Positions 54,476-64,000 of a DNA stretch of 64,000 nt are shown here, one piece after another (positions within the stretch are counted from its first letter, which is position 1; every line of letters begins with the position of its first letter). The notes under the pieces are model-generated. The model was not told the DNA's origin. It ran no database searches and saw nothing but the letters and a program-made list of their open reading frames with translations. The translations under genes and the position numbers were made by a program. This DNA comes from Kiritimatiellia bacterium (GTDB lineage: Bacteria; Verrucomicrobiota; Kiritimatiellia; CAIVKH01), in NCBI GenBank assembly GCA_025054615.1, contig JANWZO010000001.1, positions 143,499 through 207,498 on the forward strand, written 5' to 3'.

Positions 54476-56005
54476 ATGCATCTCCGTGTAAGATCCGGAA
54501 TGTCAATGAAGGGGCCCTGCACCGCTATTGAACCTTCCGATGACGGACCTGTGCGGTCGCTTGTGCTGGCTGCCGATCCGGCCCGCCGCGAAGAACTCCG
54601 GCAAACTGCCCTCCGCGCCGGCGAGTCGGCGGCGGCTGCAACGGAATCGGAGGCGGCCCAACTCCTGGCATTCGGCGAATTCGAAGTCCTCATCGCCGAC
54701 GGATCGCACGGCGACGAAGCGATTTGCCTAGCGATCGATGTGGCGCACAGCCTGTTCCCCTGGCTCCGTGTCATTGTTTTGGCCGGGTCCGAATGGCAAG
54801 ACCAGGCTTTCGAGAATCACGCACTGCAGATTCTCCCGCATACAGCTTCGCCGGAAATGCTGCTCTGCGAGATCTTCCGCGCGGCTGAGTTGGCTCAAAG
54901 CCGGGCCCGAATCTCGGCGGGCGCCATACCGAACACCGCATGCGCCGCGCTGCACGCCTTTCGTCGTGCTATGGAATCGGCTTTCGACGAGCGCGGCGCA
55001 GAGCTGGCATTCGACCATTTCTTCGAAGGGCTGGCCACGTCTCTGCCCGCGGCCTTGGCCGCCGGCATTTGGTGGGGCGCAGAGGAATCGGCCCTGCACC
55101 TGAAGGCGCTTCAAAACGTATCCGCGCCATTTCTGGATGCGTTTGCAGCGCGCCTTTCCCGCCGAGCAACCGCCTTCTTCGGGCGTGCCGCTGACCGCAT
55201 TTCTGGCCCGGCAAATTTTGACAACGGGTCAAACGAGTCCCGCGCTCGAAGCCTGGCCGGCCCGACAGATCTGGTCGCTCCGCTCTTTCGGGGCCGTGAG
55301 CTGGCCGGACTGTTGGCCGTTACATCTGCACAGCCGTTTACATTCTCGGCCAGCGACGCGATCACGCTCCGCCACGCCGCGAATTACCTCGCCATCGCGA
55401 AATTCGCTAGGGTCCGGCTTCTCGATGCCACCGGCCGCGACCCGCTGACGGGTCTCCTGAATCGAACGGGTCTAAAGGAAGCCACGCGCCGCCTCTGGCT
55501 TCTGGCCAAACGACACGGCTGGCCGATCGGCGCGGTCATGATCGATATCGATGGTTTCAAACAAATCAACGACCAGTACGGCCACGCGGCGGGCGACGAC
55601 GCTTTGCGCGAACTGGCGGCGCTGATGACGCAAACCGCGAGGCGCAGCGACATTCTCGCAAGACTCGGCGGAGATGAACTGGTCGCGATCTTGCCTCACG
55701 CATCGACTCAGGACGCGCTGGCCTTCGCGCGCCGCTTGCAGAGATCAGTTCACGAGTTCGTATTCGGTCGAGAACGCTCAAACTCGATTCATCTTTCCTT
55801 ATCGATCGGCGTGGCCAGCAGCGGGGACGTTCCGGAGGACAACGCACCGCCGGAAGCGCTCCTCGAGCGGTCGGATCAGGCCCTGTACGCTGCCAAAGCG
55901 GCTGGGCCAGGATCCATCCGGAGCCATTCGGTCGATTCTCAGCCGAACACCGCTGACGGGCGCAAAGGCTGCGCCCGAAGGGAGCAGCGGCCGAAGAGGG
56001 CGTAA
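54476..56005 (+). CDS. GGDEF-domain protein with an N-terminal receiver-like domain (GGDEL variant active site, intact I-site)
   Basis: The GGDEF domain starts at RDPLTGLLNRTGLKE. I-site plus A-site RRSDILARLGGDEL. Receiver-like N-terminus VLIADGSHGDEA. Alternative ATG at 54506 (MKGPC). Confidence 0.8.
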   Translation: MHLRVRSGMSMKGPCTAIEPSDDGPVRSLVLAADPARREELRQTALRAGESAAAATESEAAQLLAFGEFEVLIADGSHGDEAICLAIDVAHSLFPWLRVIVLAGSEWQDQAFENHALQILPHTASPEMLLCEIFRAAELAQSRARISAGAIPNTACAALHAFRRAMESAFDERGAELAFDHFFEGLATSLPAALAAGIWWGAEESALHLKALQNVSAPFLDAFAARLSRRATAFFGRAADRISGPANFDNGSNESRARSLAGPTDLVAPLFRGRELAGLLAVTSAQPFTFSASDAITLRHAANYLAIAKFARVRLLDATGRDPLTGLLNRTGLKEATRRLWLLAKRHGWPIGAVMIDIDGFKQINDQYGHAAGDDALRELAALMTQTARRSDILARLGGDELVAILPHASTQDALAFARRLQRSVHEFVFGRERSNSIHLSLSIGVASSGDVPEDNAPPEALLERSDQALYAAKAAGPGSIRSHSVDSQPNTADGRKGCARREQRPKRA

Positions 56006-56077
56006 ATCGAGAAACTGCGGAGCGAGCGAAGTTAGCCCGATATCCCCGTGTGATCCTGCTGGCGCGCCGGCACGATC

Positions 56078-56350
56078 TTAGGATAGCGGCTTCTTAGGAT
56101 GCGTGATCAGCGGGAGAACTTTGGCGCGCTCAGCGTTAAGCTGAATGTAATGCTTCCATTTTTCGGGCACGCGCTGGGCGGGAAAAATCGCCTTGGTCGG
56201 GCATTCCGGCACGCACGCTCCGCAATCGATGCACTCCACCGGATCAATCACGAGCATTTGCTCATCCTCGTGAAAGCAATTTACGGGGCACACCGTCACA
56301 CAGACGGTGTTCTTGCAACCCACACAAGGCTCTGTCACAACATGCGGCAT
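56078..56350 (-). CDS. 4Fe-4S ferredoxin (FdxA-like)
   Basis: MPHVVTEPCVGCKNTVCVTVCPVNCF...CIDCGACVPECP cysteine clusters. The track ORF extends to 56386. Confidence 0.8.
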   Translation of the reverse strand: MPHVVTEPCVGCKNTVCVTVCPVNCFHEDEQMLVIDPVECIDCGACVPECPTKAIFPAQRVPEKWKHYIQLNAERAKVLPLITHPKKPLS

Positions 56351-56534
56351 TGCGGTCAATCTACCCGCGTGGGGCGAAATCGTCATCCATGCGACAAACC
56401 AGGACTCGCCCTAAAATCCAGAAGAGATCGTGTAATCGATCCTACTTCAACCGCTGAGCTTCACTCGGTCTCCCGGACCGGCGCAGATCGGCGGGAAAGG
56501 TGAGAAGCCAAGCCTCCGAGGGGCAAGCTCTCGC

Positions 56535-57851
56535 CTATGGGGACGGGCCAGCGGTCGGTTCTCCGGTTTCAACCTTGATCGGCTCTCCCGAGGTGGCGTG
56601 TACGGGCGCCTTCCCGCTGGGTCGAATGTAAATCTCCGTTCGGCGGTTGCGCTGCATGTTTTCCTCGGTGTCGTTCGGGGCGATCGGCCGCGTGAAACCG
56701 TATCCGACGGCCGTCAGCCGCGAGCGGTCGATCCCGCCAACTGTCGCGATGTAGTCCAACACCGCGCGCGCGCGCCGTTCGGACAGCCGCATGTTGTACG
56801 AATGGACCGACTTCGGCCGGCGATCGGCGTGCCCCTCAATTCGAGCCGTGGCGCCCGGATCGCGCTGCAACACTTTGATGATCACGTCCAAATCCTTGTG
56901 GTATTGCGGTCGAAGGTTGGCCTTGTCGTAGTCGAACTCGATCTGCAGCGTGAACAACATCAAATCGTCCGCCTTGTTGAGGGGATCGGTGTTGTCTTCG
57001 ATCACTTCATGGCCATCGGCTACGCCACCGGCATCCGTGTCGCGGTTGACCGGATTCGTTTTGTGGACAAGCACCTCGGCGCCATCGGTCAACCCGTCGT
57101 AATCGGTATCCGGATTTAGGGGATCTGTTTGATGGGTGCGAACTTCCTCAAAGTCGGACAATCCGTCGCTGTCCGTATCCGGATTGAACGGATCCGTTCC
57201 AAGGTTTGCTTCCTCGGAATCCAATAGGCCGTCTCCGTCGCTATCGATGTCCCCGCCAGTCACGGCATATACCGGCTTAACTGCGGTTCCCCATCGATAA
57301 TTCAGACCTGCAAAGACGTACTGATTGAACTCGGTGTCTTCGCCGACTACGGCCGACCGGTAATCGAGTCGCACCGACCACGCATCGTTGAAGTGGTAGA
57401 ACAAGCCGCCGCCGAGATTGACGAGAAATTCAGGCCGGCCGCCGGGTAACTCCTTCTCATAATACATCATGCCTAGGCCCGCCGACAAATAGGGGTCCCA
57501 TCGAAGGTTCCGGGTGCTGCGGAGGTGGAGCAACCCGTCGACGCCAAGTCTCAGGCCCCAAATATCCTCAGAGAGGAAATCGCGCGCCGGCGCGAGCTTC
57601 GTGTTGTCCTGCAGAGATGGGCCGTAGTCGACGGAGACCTCGGCCCCCACGAATTTGTTGAAATCATACCCGAGGCGAAGTCCAAGGAAGGTGCCATAAT
57701 CAAGCTGCTCATCACCCTCGTAGTGCATGTAGCCGGCTCCTGCGCCGACATACCAGGGGGCCTCTTCAAACAGGTCCCGCTCCTGGGCGCGCACGATATG
57801 ACAGCCTAACAACACAACAGCCGCCAAGAGAATCGATCGAAAGCATTTCAT
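56535..57851 (-). CDS. OmpA-family outer membrane protein with thrombospondin type-3 repeats
   Basis: Signal peptide [24 protein letters not shown] and an N-terminal beta-barrel. Repeated DxDxDGxxDxxE TSP3 units ([48 protein letters not shown]). The C-terminal OmpA_C domain has [12 protein letters not shown] and RRTEIYI. Confidence 0.85.
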   Translation of the reverse strand: MKCFRSILLAAVVLLGCHIVRAQERDLFEEAPWYVGAGAGYMHYEGDEQLDYGTFLGLRLGYDFNKFVGAEVSVDYGPSLQDNTKLAPARDFLSEDIWGLRLGVDGLLHLRSTRNLRWDPYLSAGLGMMYYEKELPGGRPEFLVNLGGGLFYHFNDAWSVRLDYRSAVVGEDTEFNQYVFAGLNYRWGTAVKPVYAVTGGDIDSDGDGLLDSEEANLGTDPFNPDTDSDGLSDFEEVRTHQTDPLNPDTDYDGLTDGAEVLVHKTNPVNRDTDAGGVADGHEVIEDNTDPLNKADDLMLFTLQIEFDYDKANLRPQYHKDLDVIIKVLQRDPGATARIEGHADRRPKSVHSYNMRLSERRARAVLDYIATVGGIDRSRLTAVGYGFTRPIAPNDTEENMQRNRRTEIYIRPSGKAPVHATSGEPIKVETGEPTAGPSP

Positions 57852-57933
57852 GCTAATGCAAACTCCCAAAGCGCCCTCCGGGCGCAAGTTTTCCTTGCGG
57901 TATAGCACAGCAAACCCCGAATGCAAGCGCGGA

Positions 57934-58299
57934 TCAAATGTGAAGCAATCCCGTCAGCAGCGACACCAGCAGCAACAGGCAAAGACCCGTCAGCGTAATG
58001 GACATCCACGGCATCGGGCTTCGGTCGATTCGGCGACGATGCAGCTTGGCGGCCGTTGCCGCAACCGAGAGCGTCAGGGTCAGCAACAGTACGCCGAGAA
58101 AGGCCAGAAAATTCTCCCTGGCGTGGACCGTCTTAACGCCCGCCTTTCCTACCAGCGGCAGAATCATGCATAGAAACAGGAAACTGAGACCGGCTGCGAT
58201 GGTGAGGGCGGTCCCCGCCCCCGCAAACAGCGGGCTTACGCTCTGATGTGCGTGTCGGTCGCCAGATTCTGGACGGGCCATGTCTGATAATGCTCCCAT
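57934..58299 (-). CDS. Small hypothetical membrane protein
   Basis: ~120 aa with 3 predicted TM helices, immediately downstream of the lpxL-like gene. The start is uncertain (the track ORF extends to 58374, overlapping lpxL). Confidence 0.4.
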   Translation of the reverse strand: MGALSDMARPESGDRHAHQSVSPLFAGAGTALTIAAGLSFLFLCMILPLVGKAGVKTVHARENFLAFLGVLLLTLTLSVAATAAKLHRRRIDRSPMPWMSITLTGLCLLLLVSLLTGLLHI

Positions 58300-58304
58300 T
58301 TGAC

Positions 58305-59189
58305 TCAGGTTGTACCCGGACCGGCCGGCGCCGGCAAGGGCTGGGTCCGCCAACGCCGGTGCATCCAGATCCATTGGTCCGGATGCTGCCGTATAACATC
58401 TTCAATGATTCGCGTATAGCGTTGAGTCGCGTCCTGAATGGTTTCCGGCCTGCGGTCCGCCGGAGGATCCAGCGGCGGCAGAATTCGGACCCGATGCGAC
58501 CCATCCGGTTCCCGCACCATGAAAACCGGCAGAACCGGCGACTGCGCGTGCGCGGCGAGATAAGCGAGGCCGGGTGTTGTACACGCGGGCCGCCCGAAAA
58601 AATCCACGAATATGCCTTCGTCGCGCGTCATGTTCTGATCGAGGATAAATCCAAGGAATTCGCCGCGCTTGAGCGTGGCAAGACAGGCCCGATAGGACCC
58701 GTGCGCGGGAAGCAGCTTCAAACCGATTCGCGCTCTCGCCTCCTGCCAGTAGCGATTCGCCCCTGCGTTTTTCAGCTCCTTGGTGATAATCGTCAGCGGC
58801 ACGCGGCGCGCCGCCCAGGGACCGAGCAAGTCCCAGTTCCCCAGATGCGCCGTTAAAACCAGCACGCCCCGCCCACGCTCTCTTGCGCGCTCCACGTGCT
58901 CCATGCCGTCCGCGCGGACCATGGCATCCAGCTCCGCATCCCGACCGCCAAACCACCGAATCACCTCGACGTAATTGACCGCCAAATTCTGATAAACCCG
59001 CCGAAGCCGGCGCTTGAGATCCCGCCGCGATGCGCCGGGAAAGCAGCGCGCCATGTCCGCCAGGTTGGTCTCACGATGCTTGCGGAGGGCGGCGAAAGCG
59101 ATGAGGCCGACGCCGCGGCCGAAAGCTCGGGCGACACGCAGAGGCAGGGCGCATAAGATCCGCTCAACCCATTTCAGCATTCGGTACAT
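58305..59189 (-). CDS. Lipid A biosynthesis lauroyl/myristoyl acyltransferase (LpxL/HtrB family lysophospholipid acyltransferase)
   Basis: 294 aa with the HX4D motif (LTAHLGNWDL) and the LpxL-like layout. Confidence 0.75.
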   Translation of the reverse strand: MYRMLKWVERILCALPLRVARAFGRGVGLIAFAALRKHRETNLADMARCFPGASRRDLKRRLRRVYQNLAVNYVEVIRWFGGRDAELDAMVRADGMEHVERARERGRGVLVLTAHLGNWDLLGPWAARRVPLTIITKELKNAGANRYWQEARARIGLKLLPAHGSYRACLATLKRGEFLGFILDQNMTRDEGIFVDFFGRPACTTPGLAYLAAHAQSPVLPVFMVREPDGSHRVRILPPLDPPADRRPETIQDATQRYTRIIEDVIRQHPDQWIWMHRRWRTQPLPAPAGPGTT

Positions 59190-59344
59190 GACCGACTGCG
59201 AGTCTACTCACCGCCGGCCCATTGCGACATTGTTTTTGTTCCAGTCGACCCCCTCCGAAAACTGGCGCGACGATCGCCAGCGCACCAAGACCCGCAGAAC
59301 CAAGAATTGCCCAGGGATGGAATCGAACGAGGTGCCTAAACGCG

Positions 59345-59373
59345 GCGAGGGCGGCCGATAGGGCCGCCCTCGC
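59345..59373 (-). terminator. Strong hairpin (12-bp perfect GC-rich stem, 5-nt loop) 20 nt downstream of the nqrF stop
   Basis: GCGAGGGCGGCC-gatag-GGCCGCCCTCGC. On the transcribed strand it is followed by only a weak U tract (CCGCGUUU). A second small hairpin CGCATC-tccg-GATGCG is adjacent. Confidence 0.5.
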
Positions 59374-59393
59374 ATCTCCGGATGCGAGTAGAA

Positions 59394-60632
59394 TCAGAAC
59401 TCGTCGTAAGCGATCTGCTCTTTCTCGACGCCGAGGTCGTACAGCATCTTGTTCACGGCCGCGATCATCGGCGGCGGACCGCACAGATAGTACTCAATCT
59501 CCGTCGGATCGGGATGATTCTTCAGGTAATTTTCATAGACAACCTGATGGATGAAGCCTTTGTACCCGGTCCAATTGTCTTCAGGCAGCGGCTCGCTAAG
59601 AGCGACGTAAAACTTGAAGTTCGGATGTTCGCGCTCGATTTTGCGGAAGTCCTCCTCATAAAACATTTCGCGAAGCGACCGCGCTCCATACCAGTATGAA
59701 ACCTTGCGCTTCGTCTTCTTCGTGAGGAAGAGATCGAAGATGTGGCTCCGCAGCGGCGCCATGCCCGCGCCACCGCCGATGTACACCATCTCCTTGTCGG
59801 TATCCTTGGCAAAAAATTCGCCGAACGGACCGCTGATCCACACTTTGTCCCCGGGCTTCAAACTATAAATATAGCTCGATGCAATACCGGGCTTCACGCC
59901 GGGCATGTTCGGCGGGGGCGTGGCAATACGTACATTGAGCATCACAATATTACCCTCCGCAGGGTGATTGCCCATGGAATAAGCCCGGAAACAGGGCTCC
60001 TCATTTGTAACTTCCAGATCAAAGAGCTTCAGCTTCTCCCACGCATCCCGAAACTTCGGATCAATGTCGAAATCTCGGAATCGGATGTGATATTTCGGGA
60101 TGTCGATCTGAATATAGCCGCCAGCCTTGAAATTCAGATTAACGCCAGGCGGCAGATCCACGATGAGTTCCTTGATAAACGTCGCGACATTTCGGTTCGA
60201 TCGAACCGTTCCCTCAAATTTCTTAATTTCAAGCACCTCGGGTGGAACATGAATTTTCAGGTCATTCTTCACCTTGAGTTGGCAGGCCAATCGGGTGCCT
60301 TGCTTAGCCTGCTGCTTATTGATATGGCCCGTCTCGGTCGGCAGGAGAGAACCTCCACCCTCGAGAACCTGGCATTTGCACATCGCGCAGGTGCCGCCGC
60401 CTCCGCAAGCGGAGGGCAAAAAAATCTTCTGATCAGCCAGCACGCTTAGAAGCGACTTGCCCGGCGGCGCTTCAATCACCTTAGCCCCGTCGTTGATGTT
60501 GATCTTGACTAACCCGGCGGGAGCCAGTTTTTTCGACGCCCAAATGATACCGAGCACCAAAAAAAGCGTCAGGCCAGTGAAAACGGCCACACTTGCGGAG
60601 ACATAGGTAAGATCCATGACGGCGACTCCCAT
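59394..60632 (-). CDS. nqrF: Na+-translocating NADH:quinone oxidoreductase subunit F
   Basis: N-terminal TM, 2Fe-2S ferredoxin cysteines ([14 protein letters not shown]), FAD and NADH binding motifs ([13 protein letters not shown]). The alternative start MDLTYV is at 60617. Confidence 0.9.
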   Translation of the reverse strand: MGVAVMDLTYVSASVAVFTGLTLFLVLGIIWASKKLAPAGLVKININDGAKVIEAPPGKSLLSVLADQKIFLPSACGGGGTCAMCKCQVLEGGGSLLPTETGHINKQQAKQGTRLACQLKVKNDLKIHVPPEVLEIKKFEGTVRSNRNVATFIKELIVDLPPGVNLNFKAGGYIQIDIPKYHIRFRDFDIDPKFRDAWEKLKLFDLEVTNEEPCFRAYSMGNHPAEGNIVMLNVRIATPPPNMPGVKPGIASSYIYSLKPGDKVWISGPFGEFFAKDTDKEMVYIGGGAGMAPLRSHIFDLFLTKKTKRKVSYWYGARSLREMFYEEDFRKIEREHPNFKFYVALSEPLPEDNWTGYKGFIHQVVYENYLKNHPDPTEIEYYLCGPPPMIAAVNKMLYDLGVEKEQIAYDEF

Positions 60633-60667
60633 CTATCTAATTGTAAATCCCATTCGCGGCACAAACC

Positions 60668-61282
60668 TTACAATTTGATTCCGGCAAAACTCATAAATCC
60701 CAGCGCCATTAGGCCCGTCATGATCATGGTCATCCCGAGCCCTTTCAGCCCCTCCGGTATGTGGGAGTAGCGAAGCTTTTTGCGGACCGCGGCAAGTGCA
60801 ACGATCGCAAGCGCCCAGCCTACCCCCGACGAGACGCCGAAGACCGCCGCATGAGGCAAATCATAGCCCCGTTCATTCATGAGTAGCGAGCCGCCGAGAA
60901 TCGCGCAGTTCACGGCGATGAGCGGCAAAAAGATGCCGAGCGAGGTGTAAAGCTTTGGAAAATACTTGTCCAAGGTCATCTCGACGATCTGAACCATGAA
61001 GGCAATCGTGGAGATGAAGCAGATGAATGTAAGGAACGAGAGGTCCAGCGATTCAAATCCGGCAATTCCCGTCCACGCCAACGCGCCCGGCTCCAGAAAA
61101 TAGGTTTTGATAAACCAGTTGGTCGGCACCGTGATCGTCTGGACAAAGATCACGGCAAGGCCCAGGCCGGTAGCCGTCTCGACCTTCTTCGAGCAGGCGA
61201 GAAACGAGCACATCCCCAGGAAGAACGACAGAAGGATGTTCTCGACGAAAATGTTCTTGATGGCGAGATTGATCAGGTCCAT
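60668..61282 (-). CDS. nqrE: Na+-NQR subunit E
   Basis: 204-aa polytopic membrane protein in NqrE position and of NqrE size, with a conserved NqrE/RnfA-like sequence. Confidence 0.85.
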   Translation of the reverse strand: MDLINLAIKNIFVENILLSFFLGMCSFLACSKKVETATGLGLAVIFVQTITVPTNWFIKTYFLEPGALAWTGIAGFESLDLSFLTFICFISTIAFMVQIVEMTLDKYFPKLYTSLGIFLPLIAVNCAILGGSLLMNERGYDLPHAAVFGVSSGVGWALAIVALAAVRKKLRYSHIPEGLKGLGMTMIMTGLMALGFMSFAGIKL

Positions 61283-61291
61283 GGCGCCCCC

Positions 61292-61897
61292 CTATGCGGT
61301 CTCAAATTTCCGAATGATCTGGCGCTGCGCCCAGATGAGCAGCCCGAGGCAGAAAAACGCGCCTGGCGCTAGCAGCATCAACCCGTTGCCGATATATCCC
61401 TCGGGCAGCAGCCGGATGCCGTGCCACGTGCCAAAGCCGAGGATTTCGCGAATCGAGGCCACTGTGACCAGGACGGCGCTGTAGCCGAGGCCGTTCCCGA
61501 TGCCGTCCAGCAGCGAGGGCAGTGGTTTGTTCCCCAAAGCAAACGCCTCCAGGCGCCCGAGGACGATGCAGTTCGTGATGATCAGACCCACGAACACGCT
61601 GAGCTGGCGACTGATTTCAAAGACGTAGGCTTTCAAAATCTGGTCGGCCAAAATGACCAGTGTGGAAACGACAGCCAGTTCGATGATGATCCGGATGCGG
61701 GAGGGGATGAAATTTCGGATCAGCGAGATGATCAGGTTTGAAAACGCGGTCACGGTGGTGAGGCTGATGGACATCACCAGCGCCGTATCGACCTTCGTCG
61801 TGACGGCCAACGCTGAACATATGCCAAGAATCTGAATGGTAATCGGATTGTTGTCCGACAGCGGGTCGACGACGATCTTCTTCAATTTTGAGGCCAT
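61292..61897 (-). CDS. nqrD: Na+-NQR subunit D
   Basis: 201-aa membrane protein, NqrD/RnfE-like, in operon order. Confidence 0.85.
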   Translation of the reverse strand: MASKLKKIVVDPLSDNNPITIQILGICSALAVTTKVDTALVMSISLTTVTAFSNLIISLIRNFIPSRIRIIIELAVVSTLVILADQILKAYVFEISRQLSVFVGLIITNCIVLGRLEAFALGNKPLPSLLDGIGNGLGYSAVLVTVASIREILGFGTWHGIRLLPEGYIGNGLMLLAPGAFFCLGLLIWAQRQIIRKFETA

Positions 61898-61906
61898 GGC
61901 ACTCTC

Positions 61907-62638
61907 CTACGAGCGTCGAATCAACTTGAAATACTTTTCGTACAAATCAAGGTCCCGATTGATAAATTCGGTCACGCCCTTGCCGGTCAGCGTCGCGCCG
62001 CTAATGCCATCGACCGCGTGGTCATTCCCCTGGGGATAGCGGTCGGCGACCGTACCTTTGACGACTTCAAACGGGACGCGCTGGCCGTCCCGCCAGATCA
62101 CTTTGCCCTTGAAGTTGTTCTGGAACCAATCCTTCTCCACCTCGCCGCCCAGGCCCGGCGTCTCCCCGTGCTTGTAAAAGGTTACGCCGGCAATCGTGGC
62201 GAGATCCTTGTTCAGGGCAAGATAGCCGTAAATAGTCGACCAGAGGCCCTTGCCCGAGATCGGGATGGCATATTTGACAACCTCGCCATTTTCCTCATAG
62301 GTGTAGAGGGGCAGGCGCTTTCTGGCGGCAACATCCTTGGGATCAACATCCGCGCTGGTAAGACCTTCAATTGGCTGGCCCGTCTCGCCGTCAAGAATGA
62401 TCTCCCGAATTTTTTCCCTGAAAATCCGCTCGACCTCCGCGCTGCTGATCTGGCGGCCCTGCTCATCGCGAATCGCATAGCCAAATGCCTTTAGCACGTT
62501 GAGCTTGCGATCCATCTCCACATTGTACTCCTGCTTGGCCTTCAGCGCCGACGCCGCGGCAGACAGGACGAGACTGCACGCAAGGCAGACGGCGACCGCA
62601 AAGCCGACGACGTATCCGTCCCCCCTAGGCGTAGACAT
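61907..62638 (-). CDS. nqrC: Na+-NQR subunit C
   Basis: 243 aa with a single N-terminal TM and the FMN attachment motif region SGATLTGKGV. Confidence 0.85.
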   Translation of the reverse strand: MSTPRGDGYVVGFAVAVCLACSLVLSAAASALKAKQEYNVEMDRKLNVLKAFGYAIRDEQGRQISSAEVERIFREKIREIILDGETGQPIEGLTSADVDPKDVAARKRLPLYTYEENGEVVKYAIPISGKGLWSTIYGYLALNKDLATIAGVTFYKHGETPGLGGEVEKDWFQNNFKGKVIWRDGQRVPFEVVKGTVADRYPQGNDHAVDGISGATLTGKGVTEFINRDLDLYEKYFKLIRRS

Positions 62639-63851
62639 GGCGAGCCCTCCTCTTGATGTGCGCCTGCACCACGTAATGGTCGATCAGCGGCGCCATCACA
62701 TTCATGAACAAAATCGCCAGCATCACCGCCTCCGGATAAGCGGGGTTGGCGACACGAATCACCAGAATGAGGAAACCGATCAGGAAACCATAAATCCACT
62801 TGCCGGCGTTCGTCGCCGCCGCCGAAACCGGATCCGTCGCCATGAAAACAATCCCGAAGGCAAAGCTGCCGATCACCATGTGATACCAGAACGGCAGGTC
62901 GACCAATGGCTTCAGATTCGGGCTTCCAATCGCCTGCATCAGATACGACCCGAAAATCAACCCCAGCACGCCGCCTACCATGATCCGCCAAGATCCAATT
63001 CCGGACAGGACGAGAATCGCCGCTCCGATGAGGCAGGCAATAACGGACGTTTCGCCGATGCTGCCGGGCTCAAGGCCGATGAGCATTTTCTCAAAAGTAA
63101 AGCCGGCTTTCTCGAGCGTCTCAGTGATGGTCTCGCCCGCGTGAGGGACCATGCCGATGCCGAGCGGCGTGGCATAGGTAAAACCGTCCGGTCCGCTTAC
63201 CCAGACCTTGTCGCCGCTGATTTGCGCGGGATAGGCAAAATAGAGAAATGCGCGGGCGGTGAGCGCCGGATTGAGCACGTTGAACCCCGTACCGCCAAAA
63301 ATTTCCTTGCCGATCACGATGCCAAACGTGATGCCGAGCGCTACCTGCCAAAGCGGAATGGTTGGCGGCAGCGTCAGCGGAAACAACAGCCCGGAAACCA
63401 GAAACCCTTCGCTGATCGGGTGTTTCCGTACAATCGCGAAGAGAACCTCCCAAAAGCCGCCCACGGCATAGGACGTCAGAATAATCGGCAAGCAGATGGC
63501 CAGTCCCTTGAAAAAATGGTCCCAAAACGTCGCCCCCGCCACCTGGTGAGCCAGGTTGTGCTGATAGCCCGCATTGAAGATGCCGAACAAGGTCGCGGGG
63601 ATCAGCGCGAAAACCACCATGATCATCGTCCGCTTGAGGTCGAGCTGGTCGCGGACATGCGGCGGGCCGTGCGTCACTTCCGCCGGCGTCAGCAGGAACG
63701 TCTCATTGGCCTCATGCAGCGGATACAGCCGCTCGAACTTCCCGCCCGGCAAAAAAAGCGGGCGGATCTTCTCCAGGTGCTTCTCCAGAAACGCTTTCAC
63801 GTCAAATGCCCTCTTTTTCGATATCTTCCAATCCTTTCCGGATGATCCCAA
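62625..63851 (-). CDS. nqrB: Na+-NQR subunit B
   Basis: NqrB/RnfD-like polytopic protein with conserved HVRDQLDLKRTMIMV and FMN site SGATxT-like motifs. The start is ambiguous; a GTG at 63800 lies directly after the nqrA stop. Confidence 0.85.
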   Translation of the reverse strand: MGSSGKDWKISKKRAFDVKAFLEKHLEKIRPLFLPGGKFERLYPLHEANETFLLTPAEVTHGPPHVRDQLDLKRTMIMVVFALIPATLFGIFNAGYQHNLAHQVAGATFWDHFFKGLAICLPIILTSYAVGGFWEVLFAIVRKHPISEGFLVSGLLFPLTLPPTIPLWQVALGITFGIVIGKEIFGGTGFNVLNPALTARAFLYFAYPAQISGDKVWVSGPDGFTYATPLGIGMVPHAGETITETLEKAGFTFEKMLIGLEPGSIGETSVIACLIGAAILVLSGIGSWRIMVGGVLGLIFGSYLMQAIGSPNLKPLVDLPFWYHMVIGSFAFGIVFMATDPVSAAATNAGKWIYGFLIGFLILVIRVANPAYPEAVMLAILFMNVMAPLIDHYVVQAHIKRRARHVYA

Positions 63852-64000
63852 CTAAATCCATTTTTGACGGACATGCAAATGCGCAGACCGCATAATCCTC
63901 CGGCAGCGTTTCCAGAATCCCCAGTTTGATCGCCTCCTCCGTGTCGTTGGCGAGAACGGCGCGGACCACGTAATCCACCATGATATTCAGCGGCATGTAC
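63802..64000 (-). CDS. nqrA: Na+-NQR subunit A, 3' end only (5' part lies beyond the window)
   Basis: The C-terminal ...YAVCAFACPSKMDLVGIIRKGLEDIEKEGI matches the NqrA C-terminus (CxxCPSK). Confidence 0.8.
   Translation of the reverse strand, partial: YMPLNIMVDYVVRAVLANDTEEAIKLGILETLPEDYAVCAFACPSKMDLVGIIRKGLEDIEKEGI

Noticed and set aside
1-64000. CRISPR arrays, IS elements, integrases, prophage or defense-island genes
   Set aside because: No short direct-repeat/spacer arrays, no transposase or integrase-like ORFs, and no terminal inverted repeats flanking any block were seen. The only repeats are intragenic protein-module repeats.

Overview
This is a high-GC (~62-65%) Gram-negative chromosomal segment. 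The gene content suggests Verrucomicrobia or a related PVC lineage: PEP-CTERM/exosortase, PATR-type giant surface protein, an OmpA protein with thrombospondin-3 repeats, and Na+-NQR. This phylum call is inference, not a database hit. Coding density is high, and no CRISPR array, IS element or integrase is visible.

Layout, all on the minus strand unless noted:
- 1-12.3 kb: folE (5' truncated), a Lon-N-domain protein, an L,D-transpeptidase, tamB-tamA, yraN (plus), an SLT lytic transglycosylase (plus), pgpA with a 533-aa unknown protein, and pyrK-pyrD.
- 12.3-24.2 kb: a PEP-CTERM/exosortase exopolysaccharide-type island. It holds a GT-C-like multipass membrane protein with TPR repeats (1040 aa), a PEP-CTERM substrate protein, an NAD-dependent epimerase, a WecB/TagA/CpsF glycosyltransferase, exosortase XrtA/EpsH, EpsI, a polyprenyl-phosphate priming sugar transferase, and an 806-aa secreted unknown protein.
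- 24.4-41.6 kb: one uninterrupted 17.2-kb ORF for a ~5,727-aa secreted giant protein. It has an N-terminal PATR (autotransporter-associated beta-strand repeat) beta-helix region, Ig-like domains, four tandem ~442-aa FN3/LamG-like/Ig modules, two further LamG-like copies, FN3 pairs, and a five-fold DDDTxPP motif. No recognizable C-terminal anchor or beta-barrel is present.
- 42-54.2 kb: clpB, lpxD, skp, bamA (TTG start overlapping the dnaB stop), dnaB, rplI, rpsR, ssb, rpsF, pth, rplY, prs and tRNA-Gln(UUG).
- 54.5-64 kb: a GGDEF protein with a GGDEL variant (plus), a ferredoxin, an OmpA-family protein with TSP3 repeats, a small membrane protein, an lpxL-like acyltransferase, nqrF-E-D-C-B and the 3' end of nqrA.

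The most notable features are:
- the giant modular surface protein and its internal 1.33-kb tandem repeats;
- the compact exosortase island, including a TMTC-like GT-C+TPR membrane protein directly downstream of the PEP-CTERM substrate and a 16-bp perfect palindrome in the divergent promoter;
- several discrete hairpins and palindromes in intergenic regions.
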